Source: Synechococcus elongatus PCC 11801
GTDB lineage: Bacteria; Cyanobacteriota; Cyanobacteriia; Synechococcales; Synechococcaceae
Assembly (NCBI RefSeq): GCF_003846445.2
Contig: NZ_CP030139.2
Span: 1,807,223 to 1,839,222, forward strand
DNA length: 32,000 nt
Reading direction: 5' to 3'
Position 1 is the stretch's first letter; each line of letters opens with the position of its first letter. The notes beneath the pieces were generated by a model, which was not told the DNA's origin, did no database searches, and was given only the letters and a program-made list of their open reading frames with translations. This document shows, piece after piece, positions 1 to 8,396 of this stretch. Both the position numbers and the translations under genes were made by a program.

Positions 1-560
1 ACTTGTGGAAGATCATGATTACTATCCTGCCCCTTCCACTTTTGACTGAGGCGCAGGAGTTCTGGCTTGATGATTGACTCTACTAAATAATCAATCGTTT
101 GTTTTTTAACCAAGCCAAATTTAACTAAGATTTGACCGAGTGGATGACCTCGATAGCTCGTTTTTTGGAGGCGTAGAGCTTTATCGAGATCTTCTCGCGA
201 AATAATGCCGAGATCTAAAAGGTAATCCCCTAGTTGTTTACCCGGTTGAATCAGGTGATGCGATCGATATCGGAGGAAAAAATCAATGACTTTCCCTGAA
301 ACCCAACCATAGCTAACTAAAATCTCACCTAGTCGCTTGGCCGTTGGGTTGACATCACAGAACTGATCTTGTAGAGCTGCCTGTAGTTGACGTGTAGTCA
401 AGAATCCACCAAGAACTAGATGCTCACCCAAAGCACGCCGGACAGACGCAGCTTGCTGTTCTTGAGAAGGCTGAGGTTGCGACTGTGCTGCAGCGGGTGA
501 CTGCTTCGGCTCACCTTCATGAGGGAAAGCTTGACCAAACGGTTGAGGCCCAAGACTCAT
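1..560 (-). CDS. Partial CDS of 186 N-terminal codons, with the C-terminus beyond the window start. It has a P/Q-rich N-terminus followed by four GspE-N/MshEN-like repeats of about 33 aa.
   Basis: Minus-strand ATG at 560-558. My hand translation is open to position 1 with no stop (MSLGPQPFGQAFPHEGEPKQSPAAAQSQPQPSQEQQAASVRRALGEHLVLGGFLTTRQLQAALQDQ...). It is absent from the ORF track because it runs off the window edge. LGxxL(V/L)xxG repeats start at residues 44, 77, 110 and 141. Confidence 0.55.
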   Translation of the reverse strand, partial: MSLGPQPFGQAFPHEGEPKQSPAAAQSQPQPSQEQQAASVRRALGEHLVLGGFLTTRQLQAALQDQFCDVNPTAKRLGEILVSYGWVSGKVIDFFLRYRSHHLIQPGKQLGDYLLDLGIISREDLDKALRLQKTSYRGHPLGQILVKFGLVKKQTIDYLVESIIKPELLRLSQKWKGQDSNHDLPQ

Positions 561-830
561 TTTTGACACACGGTTGCAGTCTAGTGTTCTTAGTGTGCTG
601 CCTTAAAGCCCAACTGTGTGGCACTCGACTCTACATATTCATAATCCTTTAAGAAAGGTTGCAGACAGTACAGCGACTGCCAATGATATGCAATCGCTAA
701 TTGTGCCAAAGGTGACCTTGGCTTGCTAGGTTGCAATCCATTATCCAAATCAAGATAGCTCGCTTTCTATCGATCCGGTGTCTGAGATCTATTTTGAGTA
801 GTCAGCGTAATCTCATTGAGAAACTTGTGA

Positions 831-2678
831 CTACAGGTGAGGCAGTTTCTCTGCGATCGCAGTTGTCAATCGCTGGGTAAGATCAGCAACCGTCAAACTC
901 CCAAGATCACCCGTGGCTCGAGTCCGAATACTGAGACTGCCTGCTTCCGCTTCTTGAGCACCAACCACAGCCATGACAGGAATTTTCGCTTTCTCTGCAT
1001 TGCGGATCAATTTGCCGAGGCGATCGCCACTTTGATCAACATGCACACGCACGCCCAAGGCTTGCAATTGACTCGCCACTTGGTTGCAATAATCCAGAAC
1101 TGTTTCGGTCACTGGCAACAGGCGAATCTGCTCCGGTGCCAGCCAGAGAGGGAAATCGCCAGCATATTCCTCAATCAAAATGCCAATGAGCCGTTCCAAT
1201 GAACCAAACGGCGCACGGTGAATCATCACAGGGCGCTGACGGCTTCCGTCTTCTGCCACGTATTCCAGATCAAAGCGCTCCGGCAAGTTGTAATCAACCT
1301 GAACCGTTCCTAGCTGCCACTCACGATCGAGCGCATCTTGGAAGATGAAATCGAGCTTCGGACCATAAAAAGCTGCTTCACCAACACCGATGAAGTAGTC
1401 CATACCGAGTGTGTCGGCTGCCGCCTTAATCGCAGACTCCGCTTTTTCCCAGACATCATCGGAGCCAATGTATTTGTCAGAGGCCGGATCGCGGAAGCTG
1501 AGGCGAGCTTTGAATTTTTTGAGGTTGAGCGCCTTGAAGACCGAAAGAATTAGATCAACGACGCTCAAAAACTCAGAAGCAAGTTGATCTGGACGAACAA
1601 ACAAGTGAGAGTCGTCGACGGTAAAGCCGCGAACCCGTGTCAGACCACCGAGCTCACCCGACTGCTCGTAGCGATAGACCGTCCCAAACTCCGCAAACCG
1701 AATCGGTAGCTCACGGTAGGAGCGTAATTCGTTCTTGTAGATCTGAATGTGGAAGGGGCAGTTCATCGGTTTGAGGACAAACCCCTGCTCCAGCCCTCGA
1801 GCTTCATCGTCCTCAGCCATCAGCGGGAACATATCTTCGCGATAGTTCTGCCAGTGACCGGACACTTTGAAGAGGTCAACTCGAGCTAAGTGGGGCGTTA
1901 CGACAGGCTGATAGCCCCGTTTTAACTGCTCTTGCTTGAGAAAGTCCTCAAGGGTCGATCGCAGGATCGTGCCTTTGGGCGTCCAGAGCGGCAGTCCCGG
2001 TCCCACTGGATCGGTAAACAGGAACAATCCCAACTCACGACCAAGCTTACGGTGATCGCGTTTGAGTGCTTCTTCCTTGCGGCGCTTGTACTCCGCCAGT
2101 TGCTCTGGTGTTTCCCAAGCGGTGCCGTAGATCCGCTGTAGCTGCGCTTTGGTTTCGTCGCCACGCCAGTAAGCACCTGCTACTGACTCCAGATCAAAAG
2201 CCTTGGGATTCAGTTCAGCCGTCGTTTCTACGTGAGGACCGGCACAGAGATCCCACCAGCGATCGCCCAAGTGGTAGAGCGTAATCGGTTCCGTCAATCC
2301 TTCAAGGATTTCCAGCTTATAGGGTTCACCTAAGGCTAAAATTCGCTGCTGAGCTTCTTCACGGCTGACTTCTTCGCAAATCACTGGCAGTTTTTGCTGG
2401 ATGATCTTGGCCATCTCTTTTTTGATGGCCTTGAGATCAGCTTCAGTAAATGGCTCCGGCGTGTCGAAGTCGTAGTAAAAACCTGTCTCCGTCCAAGGGC
2501 CAATCGTGACCTGCGCCTTGGGAAAGAGCTTTTGCACTGCCATCGCCATCACATGCGACATCGTGTGTCGGATGCGCTTGAGTCGGTCTGACTCGCTGGT
2601 TTTGGGCAGGTGAATAGCTTCGGCAGACGGAGCAGATTGAACCATGAGGGGCACAAGAATCCAGTGACGCCCAATCAA
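831..2678 (-). CDS. thrS: Threonyl-tRNA synthetase
   Basis: 615-aa ORF. It has the editing-domain HxxxH (RHTMSHVMAMAV) and class II core motifs (KPMNCPFHIQIY, TRVRGFTVDDSHLF, YGPKLDF, MIHRAPFGSLERLIGILIEE). An alternative start is the ATG at 2645 (MVQSAP...). The N-terminal TGS domain seen in E. coli ThrRS is absent. Confidence 0.95.
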   Translation of the reverse strand: MIGRHWILVPLMVQSAPSAEAIHLPKTSESDRLKRIRHTMSHVMAMAVQKLFPKAQVTIGPWTETGFYYDFDTPEPFTEADLKAIKKEMAKIIQQKLPVICEEVSREEAQQRILALGEPYKLEILEGLTEPITLYHLGDRWWDLCAGPHVETTAELNPKAFDLESVAGAYWRGDETKAQLQRIYGTAWETPEQLAEYKRRKEEALKRDHRKLGRELGLFLFTDPVGPGLPLWTPKGTILRSTLEDFLKQEQLKRGYQPVVTPHLARVDLFKVSGHWQNYREDMFPLMAEDDEARGLEQGFVLKPMNCPFHIQIYKNELRSYRELPIRFAEFGTVYRYEQSGELGGLTRVRGFTVDDSHLFVRPDQLASEFLSVVDLILSVFKALNLKKFKARLSFRDPASDKYIGSDDVWEKAESAIKAAADTLGMDYFIGVGEAAFYGPKLDFIFQDALDREWQLGTVQVDYNLPERFDLEYVAEDGSRQRPVMIHRAPFGSLERLIGILIEEYAGDFPLWLAPEQIRLLPVTETVLDYCNQVASQLQALGVRVHVDQSGDRLGKLIRNAEKAKIPVMAVVGAQEAEAGSLSIRTRATGDLGSLTVADLTQRLTTAIAEKLPHL

Positions 2679-2728
2679 CAGGCAGGCGACTGTTCTATCC
2701 TACCGGCGCGATCGCCTCTCCCTGTCGC

Positions 2729-3529
2729 TCAAGACTCATCGGCTAGTTCTAGGACAACAGGGGTATGGTCGCTGGGCTTCTCCCAGCCGCGCGGCTCGCG
2801 ATCGATGTAGCAGGCGATCGCCCGTGCCTTGGCTGATTCCGAGAGGTAGTGATGGTCAATTCGCCAGCCACGATTCCGCCGGAAACCGCCCGTGCGATAG
2901 TCCCACCAACTGAACTGATCGGCACCATCTTCAAATAGGCGGAACGCATCGACGAAGCCAAGGGAGAGCACCGACTGCCGCAACACTTCTCGTTCTGTTG
3001 GCGACGACATGATGTGCGTCTCTTTGCCCTTGGGGTCGTAAATATCGCGATCTTCCAGAGCAATGTTGAAATCGCCGCAGATGTGGATTTGGCTTTCGCG
3101 ATCGCCCAGAGCCCTCAAATAACGCTGTAAGCAATCCAGCCAACGCAGCTTGTACTCGTATTTTTCGCTGCCAATTTCTGAGCCGTTGGGCACATAGAGG
3201 TTGATGATTCGCAGGCTACCGATGCGTCCAGAGATGACACGCTTCTGGTCATCCAAATCACCAACAGTTTCAGCAGCTAACACCGCACCAAAGCCAATCT
3301 GCACATCTTCTAAAGGTTGGCGACTGAGAATCGAGACACCGTTATAGGACTTTTGCCCTGAGATCGCGCAATGGTAGCCCAATTCCTGGAGCGGAACCAA
3401 GGGAAACTGCTCATCAACCACCTTTGTCTCTTGTAAGCAGACAACATCCACAGGCTGATCGGTAAGCCAACGTTGGAGATGTTCGAGACGACTGCGAATA
3501 GAGTTGACGTTCCAAGTGGCAATACGCAT
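2729..3529 (-). CDS. xth: Exodeoxyribonuclease III (AP endonuclease, EEP family)
   Basis: MRIATWNVNSIRSRL...CLQETK...GDFNIA...SDHTPV are hallmark Xth/ExoIII motifs. The ORF track begins at GTG 3532, and the ATG one codon later (3529) is the likelier start. Confidence 0.9.
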   Translation of the reverse strand: MRIATWNVNSIRSRLEHLQRWLTDQPVDVVCLQETKVVDEQFPLVPLQELGYHCAISGQKSYNGVSILSRQPLEDVQIGFGAVLAAETVGDLDDQKRVISGRIGSLRIINLYVPNGSEIGSEKYEYKLRWLDCLQRYLRALGDRESQIHICGDFNIALEDRDIYDPKGKETHIMSSPTEREVLRQSVLSLGFVDAFRLFEDGADQFSWWDYRTGGFRRNRGWRIDHHYLSESAKARAIACYIDREPRGWEKPSDHTPVVLELADES

Positions 3530-3623
3530 CACGATCGAGACAGAAGCAGGCCGCAGCTCAATCTATCGCGGTTTACCGTTTCCTGCGTCCGCTAGGATAA
3601 GAGCGTTATCTGACCGATTCTTG

Positions 3624-3950
3624 ATGGTTATGAAGCGATCGCTAGCCTCTCTTCTCCTCGGCGGTTGCCTTGGCCTCTGCATCGCCCCCTTGGCTCAAGC
3701 CCAATTTGCTCCCGTTGGTAGCGGCACCACTTTTACCCCCAACAACGACCCGAGCAATCCGGCCAGTCGTCAGCCCAGCGATGCTTTTAGCATCTTCCAG
3801 CGGTTGCAGCAGGCAGCAGATGGAAATCCCAATTGGTCACTGCAAGAGCAAAGCCAAAACATTGACCGCGAGGCTGCACAATTTCGTCAGCAACAGCTCG
3901 AGCAAATGCGGCAGCGCAATACAGGTAACTCTTTCACACCAACCCCCTGA
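3624..3950 (+). CDS. Small secreted Q-rich protein of unknown function (108 aa)
   Basis: The internal ATG at 3624 gives MVMKRSLASLLLGGCLGLCIAPLAQAQ, a signal-peptide-like N-terminus. The upstream 40 codons of ORF 3504..3950 overlap the xth start and look spurious. I recognise no family. Confidence 0.45.
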   Translation: MVMKRSLASLLLGGCLGLCIAPLAQAQFAPVGSGTTFTPNNDPSNPASRQPSDAFSIFQRLQQAADGNPNWSLQEQSQNIDREAAQFRQQQLEQMRQRNTGNSFTPTP

Positions 3951-4157
3951 GAGCCAATCAGCCGTTTTGCGTTAGGGCTGTCTAGCAAGCGGTTGGACTC
4001 TTGATTAGGAACGGTTGATCGCAACCATTCACGCAAACGGGATCAATTCATTACGGGGCTGAGGATTAGGCAGAAATCAGCTATTCGTTTCAATTTCAGC
4101 CAAGATACCGAGATTTCCGAAGAGCGATGGCACACTACGACTAAGCTTTCGTGAGTT

Positions 4158-4697
4158 TTGCCCATGCGTCGCCCGCTCACTGCTCTTCTCTCGGGTCTGA
4201 CTGTACTGCTAGCCAGTGCTGTTCCCGGCAAAGCAGCGGAAACCGTTACGCTCATCTACGGTCCTTGGAATCGGTCAGTTGAAGTTGCAGACCTGAAATA
4301 TTTGGCAGAGACCGGCGAGGCTCGCGGCTTTCTCGGCACCATTTTGAAGCTGGGAAATCAAGATCCCAAGAAACTACAAGAGTTCCTGAACTTGAGCTTT
4401 CCTTTTAGCTTGGTGCAGGCGAGCGATCTGCTCTACAGCAGCCTGGGCACCGGTCTCCTCGATCGTGCTGGCACGATCATTGCGCCGCGCGTCTCTAATC
4501 AAGACGGTCGGCAGGCTTTGCGAGCCGCCATTCTGCTCTCGCTGGCACAAGATGGTCAGATCTCTCCAGTTGAGTTGCTCGACAATTACCCCACCGATAT
4601 TCGTGTCAATGTCGATTCACTCCTCGGCTTGGTCGCTCAAATTGGCAACCTTGAGGAATTGATTCGATCGCTCGGTTCTGGCGGAAGCAGTAACTAA
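4158..4697 (+). CDS. Secreted protein, DUF1400-like (cyanobacterial)
   Basis: Signal peptide MPMRRPLTALLSGLTVLLASAVPGKAAE. The segments LLYSSLGTGLLDRAG...ALRAAILLSLAQDG...LLDNYPTD resemble the DUF1400 pattern as I remember it. This was not verified by search. Confidence 0.55.
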   Translation: MPMRRPLTALLSGLTVLLASAVPGKAAETVTLIYGPWNRSVEVADLKYLAETGEARGFLGTILKLGNQDPKKLQEFLNLSFPFSLVQASDLLYSSLGTGLLDRAGTIIAPRVSNQDGRQALRAAILLSLAQDGQISPVELLDNYPTDIRVNVDSLLGLVAQIGNLEELIRSLGSGGSSN

Positions 4698-5485
4698 GTC
4701 TCAGACATCTCGCGATCGCCGGTCGACCGTTGGGACAGCAGGGGACTCAGCGTCACAACCTGACCAATTACTGCGATCGCGGGTGCTTGAAATTGACGTT
4801 CAGCTACGGCTGCAACAACAGTCTCGAGCGTGGCAAAGAGTTCTTCTTGTTCGGGTCGAGTTCCCCAGCGAATCAGTGCGATCGGCGTGGTGTCTGCCAA
4901 TCCAGCCGATCGCAACTGCTGAACAATCAGGGCCAAATTATGTAGGCCCATATAAATCACAATTGTTTCGCTCCCGCGCGCGATCGCCTCCCAAGCAATG
5001 CTGGGGCGATACTTGCCAGCCATTTCATGACCGGTGACGAAAGTCACACTGGAGCTGCAATCGCGGTGAGTAATCGGAATGCCAGCATAGGCTGGCACCG
5101 CAACACCTGCCGTCACACCGGGAACAACTTCAACTGAAATTCCCGCTGCCTGGAGGTCGGCCATTTCCTCGCCACCCCGGCCAAAGACAAATGGATCGCC
5201 GCCCTTGAGACGCACAACCACTGCTTTTTGCTGGGCTTTTTCAATGAGTAATTGCGTGGTTTCTGTCTGCAGTAATGAGTGTTGTCCTCGCCGTTTTCCA
5301 GCGTGAATTTTTTCAGCAGCCGGATTGATCATTGCCAAGATTGCATCGCTGACTAAGGCGTCATAAATCACTACCTCAGCAGCTTCCAATAATGTCTTGC
5401 CTCGCAGGGTCAACAAGCCTGGATCACCAGGCCCTGCACCGACAAGATAAACTTTTCCTTTTGTATCAGAAGAAATCAGGGTCAA
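4694..5485 (-). CDS. cobA: Uroporphyrinogen-III C-methyltransferase (SUMT)
   Basis: VYLVGAGPGDPGLLTLRGKTLLEAAEVVIYDALV...VVRLKGGDPFVFGRGGEE is the classic SUMT signature. The start codon is TTG at 5485, 9 nt after the cbiX-like stop. Its stop overlaps the stop of the convergent 4158..4697 gene. Confidence 0.9.
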   Translation of the reverse strand: MTLISSDTKGKVYLVGAGPGDPGLLTLRGKTLLEAAEVVIYDALVSDAILAMINPAAEKIHAGKRRGQHSLLQTETTQLLIEKAQQKAVVVRLKGGDPFVFGRGGEEMADLQAAGISVEVVPGVTAGVAVPAYAGIPITHRDCSSSVTFVTGHEMAGKYRPSIAWEAIARGSETIVIYMGLHNLALIVQQLRSAGLADTTPIALIRWGTRPEQEELFATLETVVAAVAERQFQAPAIAVIGQVVTLSPLLSQRSTGDREMSET

Positions 5486-5494
5486 GGTCAGCAG

Positions 5495-6241
5495 TTAGTA
5501 GCAGATTTTCTCCCCAATTTCCCCAGGCTTCTGTGGAAAACGAGTAGGGGCCGAGGCTCGATTATCGCTGATCAAAACGTCAACTTGGAGCCACTGGGCG
5601 ATCGCATCGAGAAACAGGGGCCACTGACTGAGGGGTGGGGCGAGGCAAGCAGTGGCATTGGCCGCTACACAAATATTTTGAACACTGTCATAGATCGGTC
5701 CTGGAAATAGCAAGAGTGGCAAGATGCGCTGGGGCTGAGTGTCCGCTAAGCGATCGCCCAAAAAGGGTTCAGCACGACAAAAGACGGGTGACCAACCAAA
5801 CTCAGCCGCGAGTTGTTCGATCCGCTGGTTAGCAGCACTACGCCGGCTGCCATGGGCCAAGAGCCAAGTTTCGGTCTGGGGCTGAACTTGCGATCGCAAC
5901 AGGTTTCGCAAACTACTCGACTCGCCCCAAGCGGCTTGGAGTTCCACAGGTAGGCGAAGTTGTTCTTGAGCAGTCGCCACTGCTGCTGGCAGATCTTCTG
6001 TCGTGTGAGTCCCCGCCAAGAGGAAAAGAGGATAAATCTGGACGGCGATCGTGCCTTGAGATTTCGCCTGCTGAGCCAACTGCACAATCTGCTCAGATAA
6101 GGGCGGATGCGGCCCCTCCAAAAAGGCGATCGCTGGTGCTGAACCAAGTCGAGGTGCTAGTTCAGTGGCGAGTTGCTGTAGAGCGATCGCTGACCGAGGA
6201 TCTCGACTACCATGGGCCACCAGAATGCGAAGCGTACTCAC
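5495..6241 (-). CDS. CbiX/SirB-type sirohydrochlorin chelatase, two-domain form
   Basis: There are two CbiX-like halves, each beginning with a (I/L)L(V/L)AHGSR motif (ILVAHGSRDPRS and LLAHGSRRSAAN). The track ORF starts at TTG 6340, only 22 nt from thrC. GTG 6241 (giving MSTLRILVAHGSRD) fits typical CbiX N-termini and leaves a 121-nt divergent promoter region. The metal specificity (Fe or Co) cannot be read from the sequence. Confidence 0.7.
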   Translation of the reverse strand: MSTLRILVAHGSRDPRSAIALQQLATELAPRLGSAPAIAFLEGPHPPLSEQIVQLAQQAKSQGTIAVQIYPLFLLAGTHTTEDLPAAVATAQEQLRLPVELQAAWGESSSLRNLLRSQVQPQTETWLLAHGSRRSAANQRIEQLAAEFGWSPVFCRAEPFLGDRLADTQPQRILPLLLFPGPIYDSVQNICVAANATACLAPPLSQWPLFLDAIAQWLQVDVLISDNRASAPTRFPQKPGEIGEKICY

Positions 6242-6362
6242 AGGCAAAGTCTCAGATTGGAGGAGGGAAAGAGCACGGTAAACTGAGTCATGGCTTACTC
6301 TCTGCGAAGCGCGATCGTGCTTCGGTTGAGCCACTATCAATCCCTTCCACTCCAGAGTACTC

Positions 6363-7463
6363 GTGACCGCAACGTATCCGTCTGCCGCCCAACCTCAAAG
6401 CCGTGCCCACGGTTGGCCCGGACTGATCGAAGCCTATCGCGACTACTTGCCAGTCAGTGACACAACGCCGATCGTGACGCTGCACGAGGGTAATACCCCC
6501 TTGATTCCAGTGCCGACGATCGCTCGTGAAATTGGTCGTGGCGTTGAAGTATTTGTCAAATACGACGGTCTCAATCCCACCGGCAGCTTCAAGGACCGGG
6601 GGATGACAATGGCCATCACCAAAGCCAAAGAAGCGGGTGCCAAAGCGGTCATTTGCGCCAGTACGGGCAATACTTCGGCGGCTGCTGCTGCCTATGCTCG
6701 TCGTGGTGGATTGCGGGCCTTTGTGCTGATTCCGGATGGCTTTGTTGCCCAAGGCAAGCTAGCCCAAGCCCTGCTCTATGGTGCGGAAGTTCTGGCCATT
6801 AAAGGTAACTTCGATCGCGCTCTGGAAATTGTGCGAGAAGTTGCCAATCAGTATCCCGTCACGCTCGTCAACTCCCTTAACCCCTACCGACTCGAAGGCC
6901 AAAAAACAGCTGCTTTTGAGTTGATTGATGTTCTTGGTGAGGCTCCCGATTGGCTCTGCATTCCCATGGGCAATGCAGGCAATATCAGCGCCTATTGGAT
7001 GGGCTTTCAGGAATACCACGCCAAAGGACTGAGCCAAAAATTACCGCGTATGATGGGCTTCCAAGCCGCTGGTTCAGCTCCCTTGGTAACAGGCTCAATT
7101 GTGCAATCACCCGACACGATCGCGACTGCAATTCGCATTGGGAATCCAGCAAACTGGCAGCGGGCATTGAAGGTTCATGAAGAGAGCAATGGTGCCTTTA
7201 ATGCTGTCACCGATGCCGAAATATTGGATGCTTATCGCATGCTGGCTGGACAGGAAGGGATTTTCTGTGAGCCCGCCAGCGCAGCTTCTGTTGCAGGAAT
7301 GCTGAAGTGCAAAGACGAAATTCCAGATGGCGCAACCATCGTCTGTGTCCTTACCGGCAATGGATTGAAAGACCCCAGCAGTGCAATTGAATTTAGCCAT
7401 ACTGATTTCAAAGCAGGAATTGAGCCAGATTTAGAGATTGTGGCTCACACTATGGGCTTTTAA
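6363..7463 (+). CDS. thrC: Threonine synthase
   Basis: 366 aa with a GTG start. It has the PLP-lysine motif [11 protein letters not shown] and [11 protein letters not shown], with overall ThrC-like sequence throughout. Confidence 0.93.
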   Translation: MTATYPSAAQPQSRAHGWPGLIEAYRDYLPVSDTTPIVTLHEGNTPLIPVPTIAREIGRGVEVFVKYDGLNPTGSFKDRGMTMAITKAKEAGAKAVICASTGNTSAAAAAYARRGGLRAFVLIPDGFVAQGKLAQALLYGAEVLAIKGNFDRALEIVREVANQYPVTLVNSLNPYRLEGQKTAAFELIDVLGEAPDWLCIPMGNAGNISAYWMGFQEYHAKGLSQKLPRMMGFQAAGSAPLVTGSIVQSPDTIATAIRIGNPANWQRALKVHEESNGAFNAVTDAEILDAYRMLAGQEGIFCEPASAASVAGMLKCKDEIPDGATIVCVLTGNGLKDPSSAIEFSHTDFKAGIEPDLEIVAHTMGF

Positions 7464-7499
7464 TTCCTGACTTTTTCCTAAGTGCATAGCAATTATTTT

Positions 7500-7532
7500 G
7501 CCCTGATTTATCGACAGAGTCAGGGCTTTTTT
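7500..7532 (+). terminator. Rho-independent terminator downstream of thrC
   Basis: The stem GCCCTGA (7500-7506) pairs with TCAGGGC (7520-7526) and is followed by TTTTTT (7527-7532). It lies 37 nt after the thrC stop. Confidence 0.6.
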
Positions 7533-7574
7533 GTTTTCTAAAAGTATCAATAAAATATGCTCTATTTTCAGCGA

Positions 7575-8396
7575 TTACTCTTGCATCACACGGGTCACGG
7601 CTTGCAATAAGTCTGCGGGAGTTTCCAGCAACCAATCCGGTCTCACAGCAGCTAGGCTACGACGATCGTTAAATCCCCACGTGACCGCGACAGCAATCAA
7701 ACCCACCTGACGAGCCGCTTCAACATCGCGCGTTTCATCGCCGACATACATCACCGTAGCTGGCTGCCAGCCAGCCTGATAAATGAGCCGACTCAAGGCA
7801 CGACGCTTGCTCAAAATGGGTGTTCCGGCCTGAACCACAGAAAACAGCGATCGCAAGCCTTGCCTTTGCAAAAAAGCTTCTACATTTTGCTGACTGTTAG
7901 AACTCAGAATCCCTAAGCAGAGCGATCGCGATCGCAGTTGCACCAGTAACTCTGCGATCCCTGGGAAAAGCTTCAAAGCCGGAAGGCAAGCACCAAGCTG
8001 ACGCTGCACGCGCCGCAGCAAGCGCGCTTGCTGCCAAGGGGAAAGCCCTGCTCGGCGCACGATCGCCCGTGAGGACCACTGGCGCAGTTGCGCATAATCC
8101 CGTGCATCGATCGGCTTATAGCCAAAATCAGGAGCTTGGGCATTGGCAATCTCAACCACAGTTAGCAAAGAATCTACTAAAGTGCCATCAAAATCGAAAA
8201 TAATCGCCTGTAAGGCCTGTGGATAACTCTGTGGATAACTCTGTGGATTTCTTGTGGAAAACCCCCTAAGTCTGTGGAGAAAGGGGATCCCTCTAAAGAC
8301 CCCTGTGGAAAACCCCTTCAGTTTTTCCACAGCTTTTCCACAGAGGTCGATCGCTGAAAGCCTTGCTATAAAAGATTTCCAAGATCTTTTCCACAT
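7575..8396 (-). CDS. HAD-superfamily phosphatase (phosphoglycolate-phosphatase-like); the true start is uncertain
   Basis: HAD motif I is IIFDFDGTLVDS (D codons at 8195-8187), motif II is ILSSNS, and motif III/IV is YVGDETRDVEAA. About 65 codons upstream of motif I are encoded by the DnaA-box array (see findings). Confidence 0.8.
   Translation of the reverse strand: MWKRSWKSFIARLSAIDLCGKAVEKLKGFSTGVFRGIPFLHRLRGFSTRNPQSYPQSYPQALQAIIFDFDGTLVDSLLTVVEIANAQAPDFGYKPIDARDYAQLRQWSSRAIVRRAGLSPWQQARLLRRVQRQLGACLPALKLFPGIAELLVQLRSRSLCLGILSSNSQQNVEAFLQRQGLRSLFSVVQAGTPILSKRRALSRLIYQAGWQPATVMYVGDETRDVEAARQVGLIAVAVTWGFNDRRSLAAVRPDWLLETPADLLQAVTRVMQE
8218..8312. repeat. DnaA-box sub-array A: six boxes in TGTGGAnnn orientation
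   Basis: TGTGGATAA at 8218-8226, TGTGGATAA at 8230-8238, TGTGGATTT at 8242-8250, TGTGGAAAA at 8253-8261, TGTGGAGAA at 8273-8281 and TGTGGAAAA at 8304-8312. The first three form a 12-bp tandem repeat (TGTGGATAACTC). Confidence 0.85.

Noticed and set aside
4-12. Isolated DnaA-box-like nonamers outside oriC: TGTGGAAGA at 4-12 and TTATCCAAA at 741-749.
   Set aside because: These are single degenerate matches, one inside coding sequence and one in an AT-rich intergenic region. They are expected by chance in 32 kb and show no clustering.
831-2678. ThrRS is about 35-45 residues shorter at the N-terminus than E. coli ThrRS and has no TGS domain.
   Set aside because: The editing-domain HxxxH and the catalytic core are intact, and there is no frameshift or truncated upstream frame. 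I believe short-N-terminus ThrRS is the ordinary form in cyanobacteria, so this is probably lineage-typical rather than an anomaly. This is unverified.
3504-3623. N-terminal extensions of track ORFs, including 3504..3623 ahead of the signal peptide. Other cases are 26699..26818 ahead of sir, 23150..23224, 30795..30872 ahead of cobK, and 16967..17086 ahead of the YtxH gene.
   Set aside because: These extensions overlap neighbouring genes or promoters and lack sequence features. Internal ATGs give canonical N-termini (a signal peptide, the Sir MSPTAAP start, CobK MSRLLILGG, or an ATGA-coupled start).
4694-4697. The convergent genes 4158..4697 (+) and cobA (-) overlap at their stop codons (cTAA / TAG on opposite strands).
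   Set aside because: The overlap is real but trivial. It only means there is no intergenic terminator between the two genes, and nothing further follows from it.
6288-6752. A 154-aa minus-strand ORF spans the cbiX/thrC divergent region and the thrC 5' end.
   Set aside because: It runs antisense to the strongly supported thrC N-terminus and overlaps the cbiX-like 5' region out of frame. Its translation is R/G/S-rich with no motifs.
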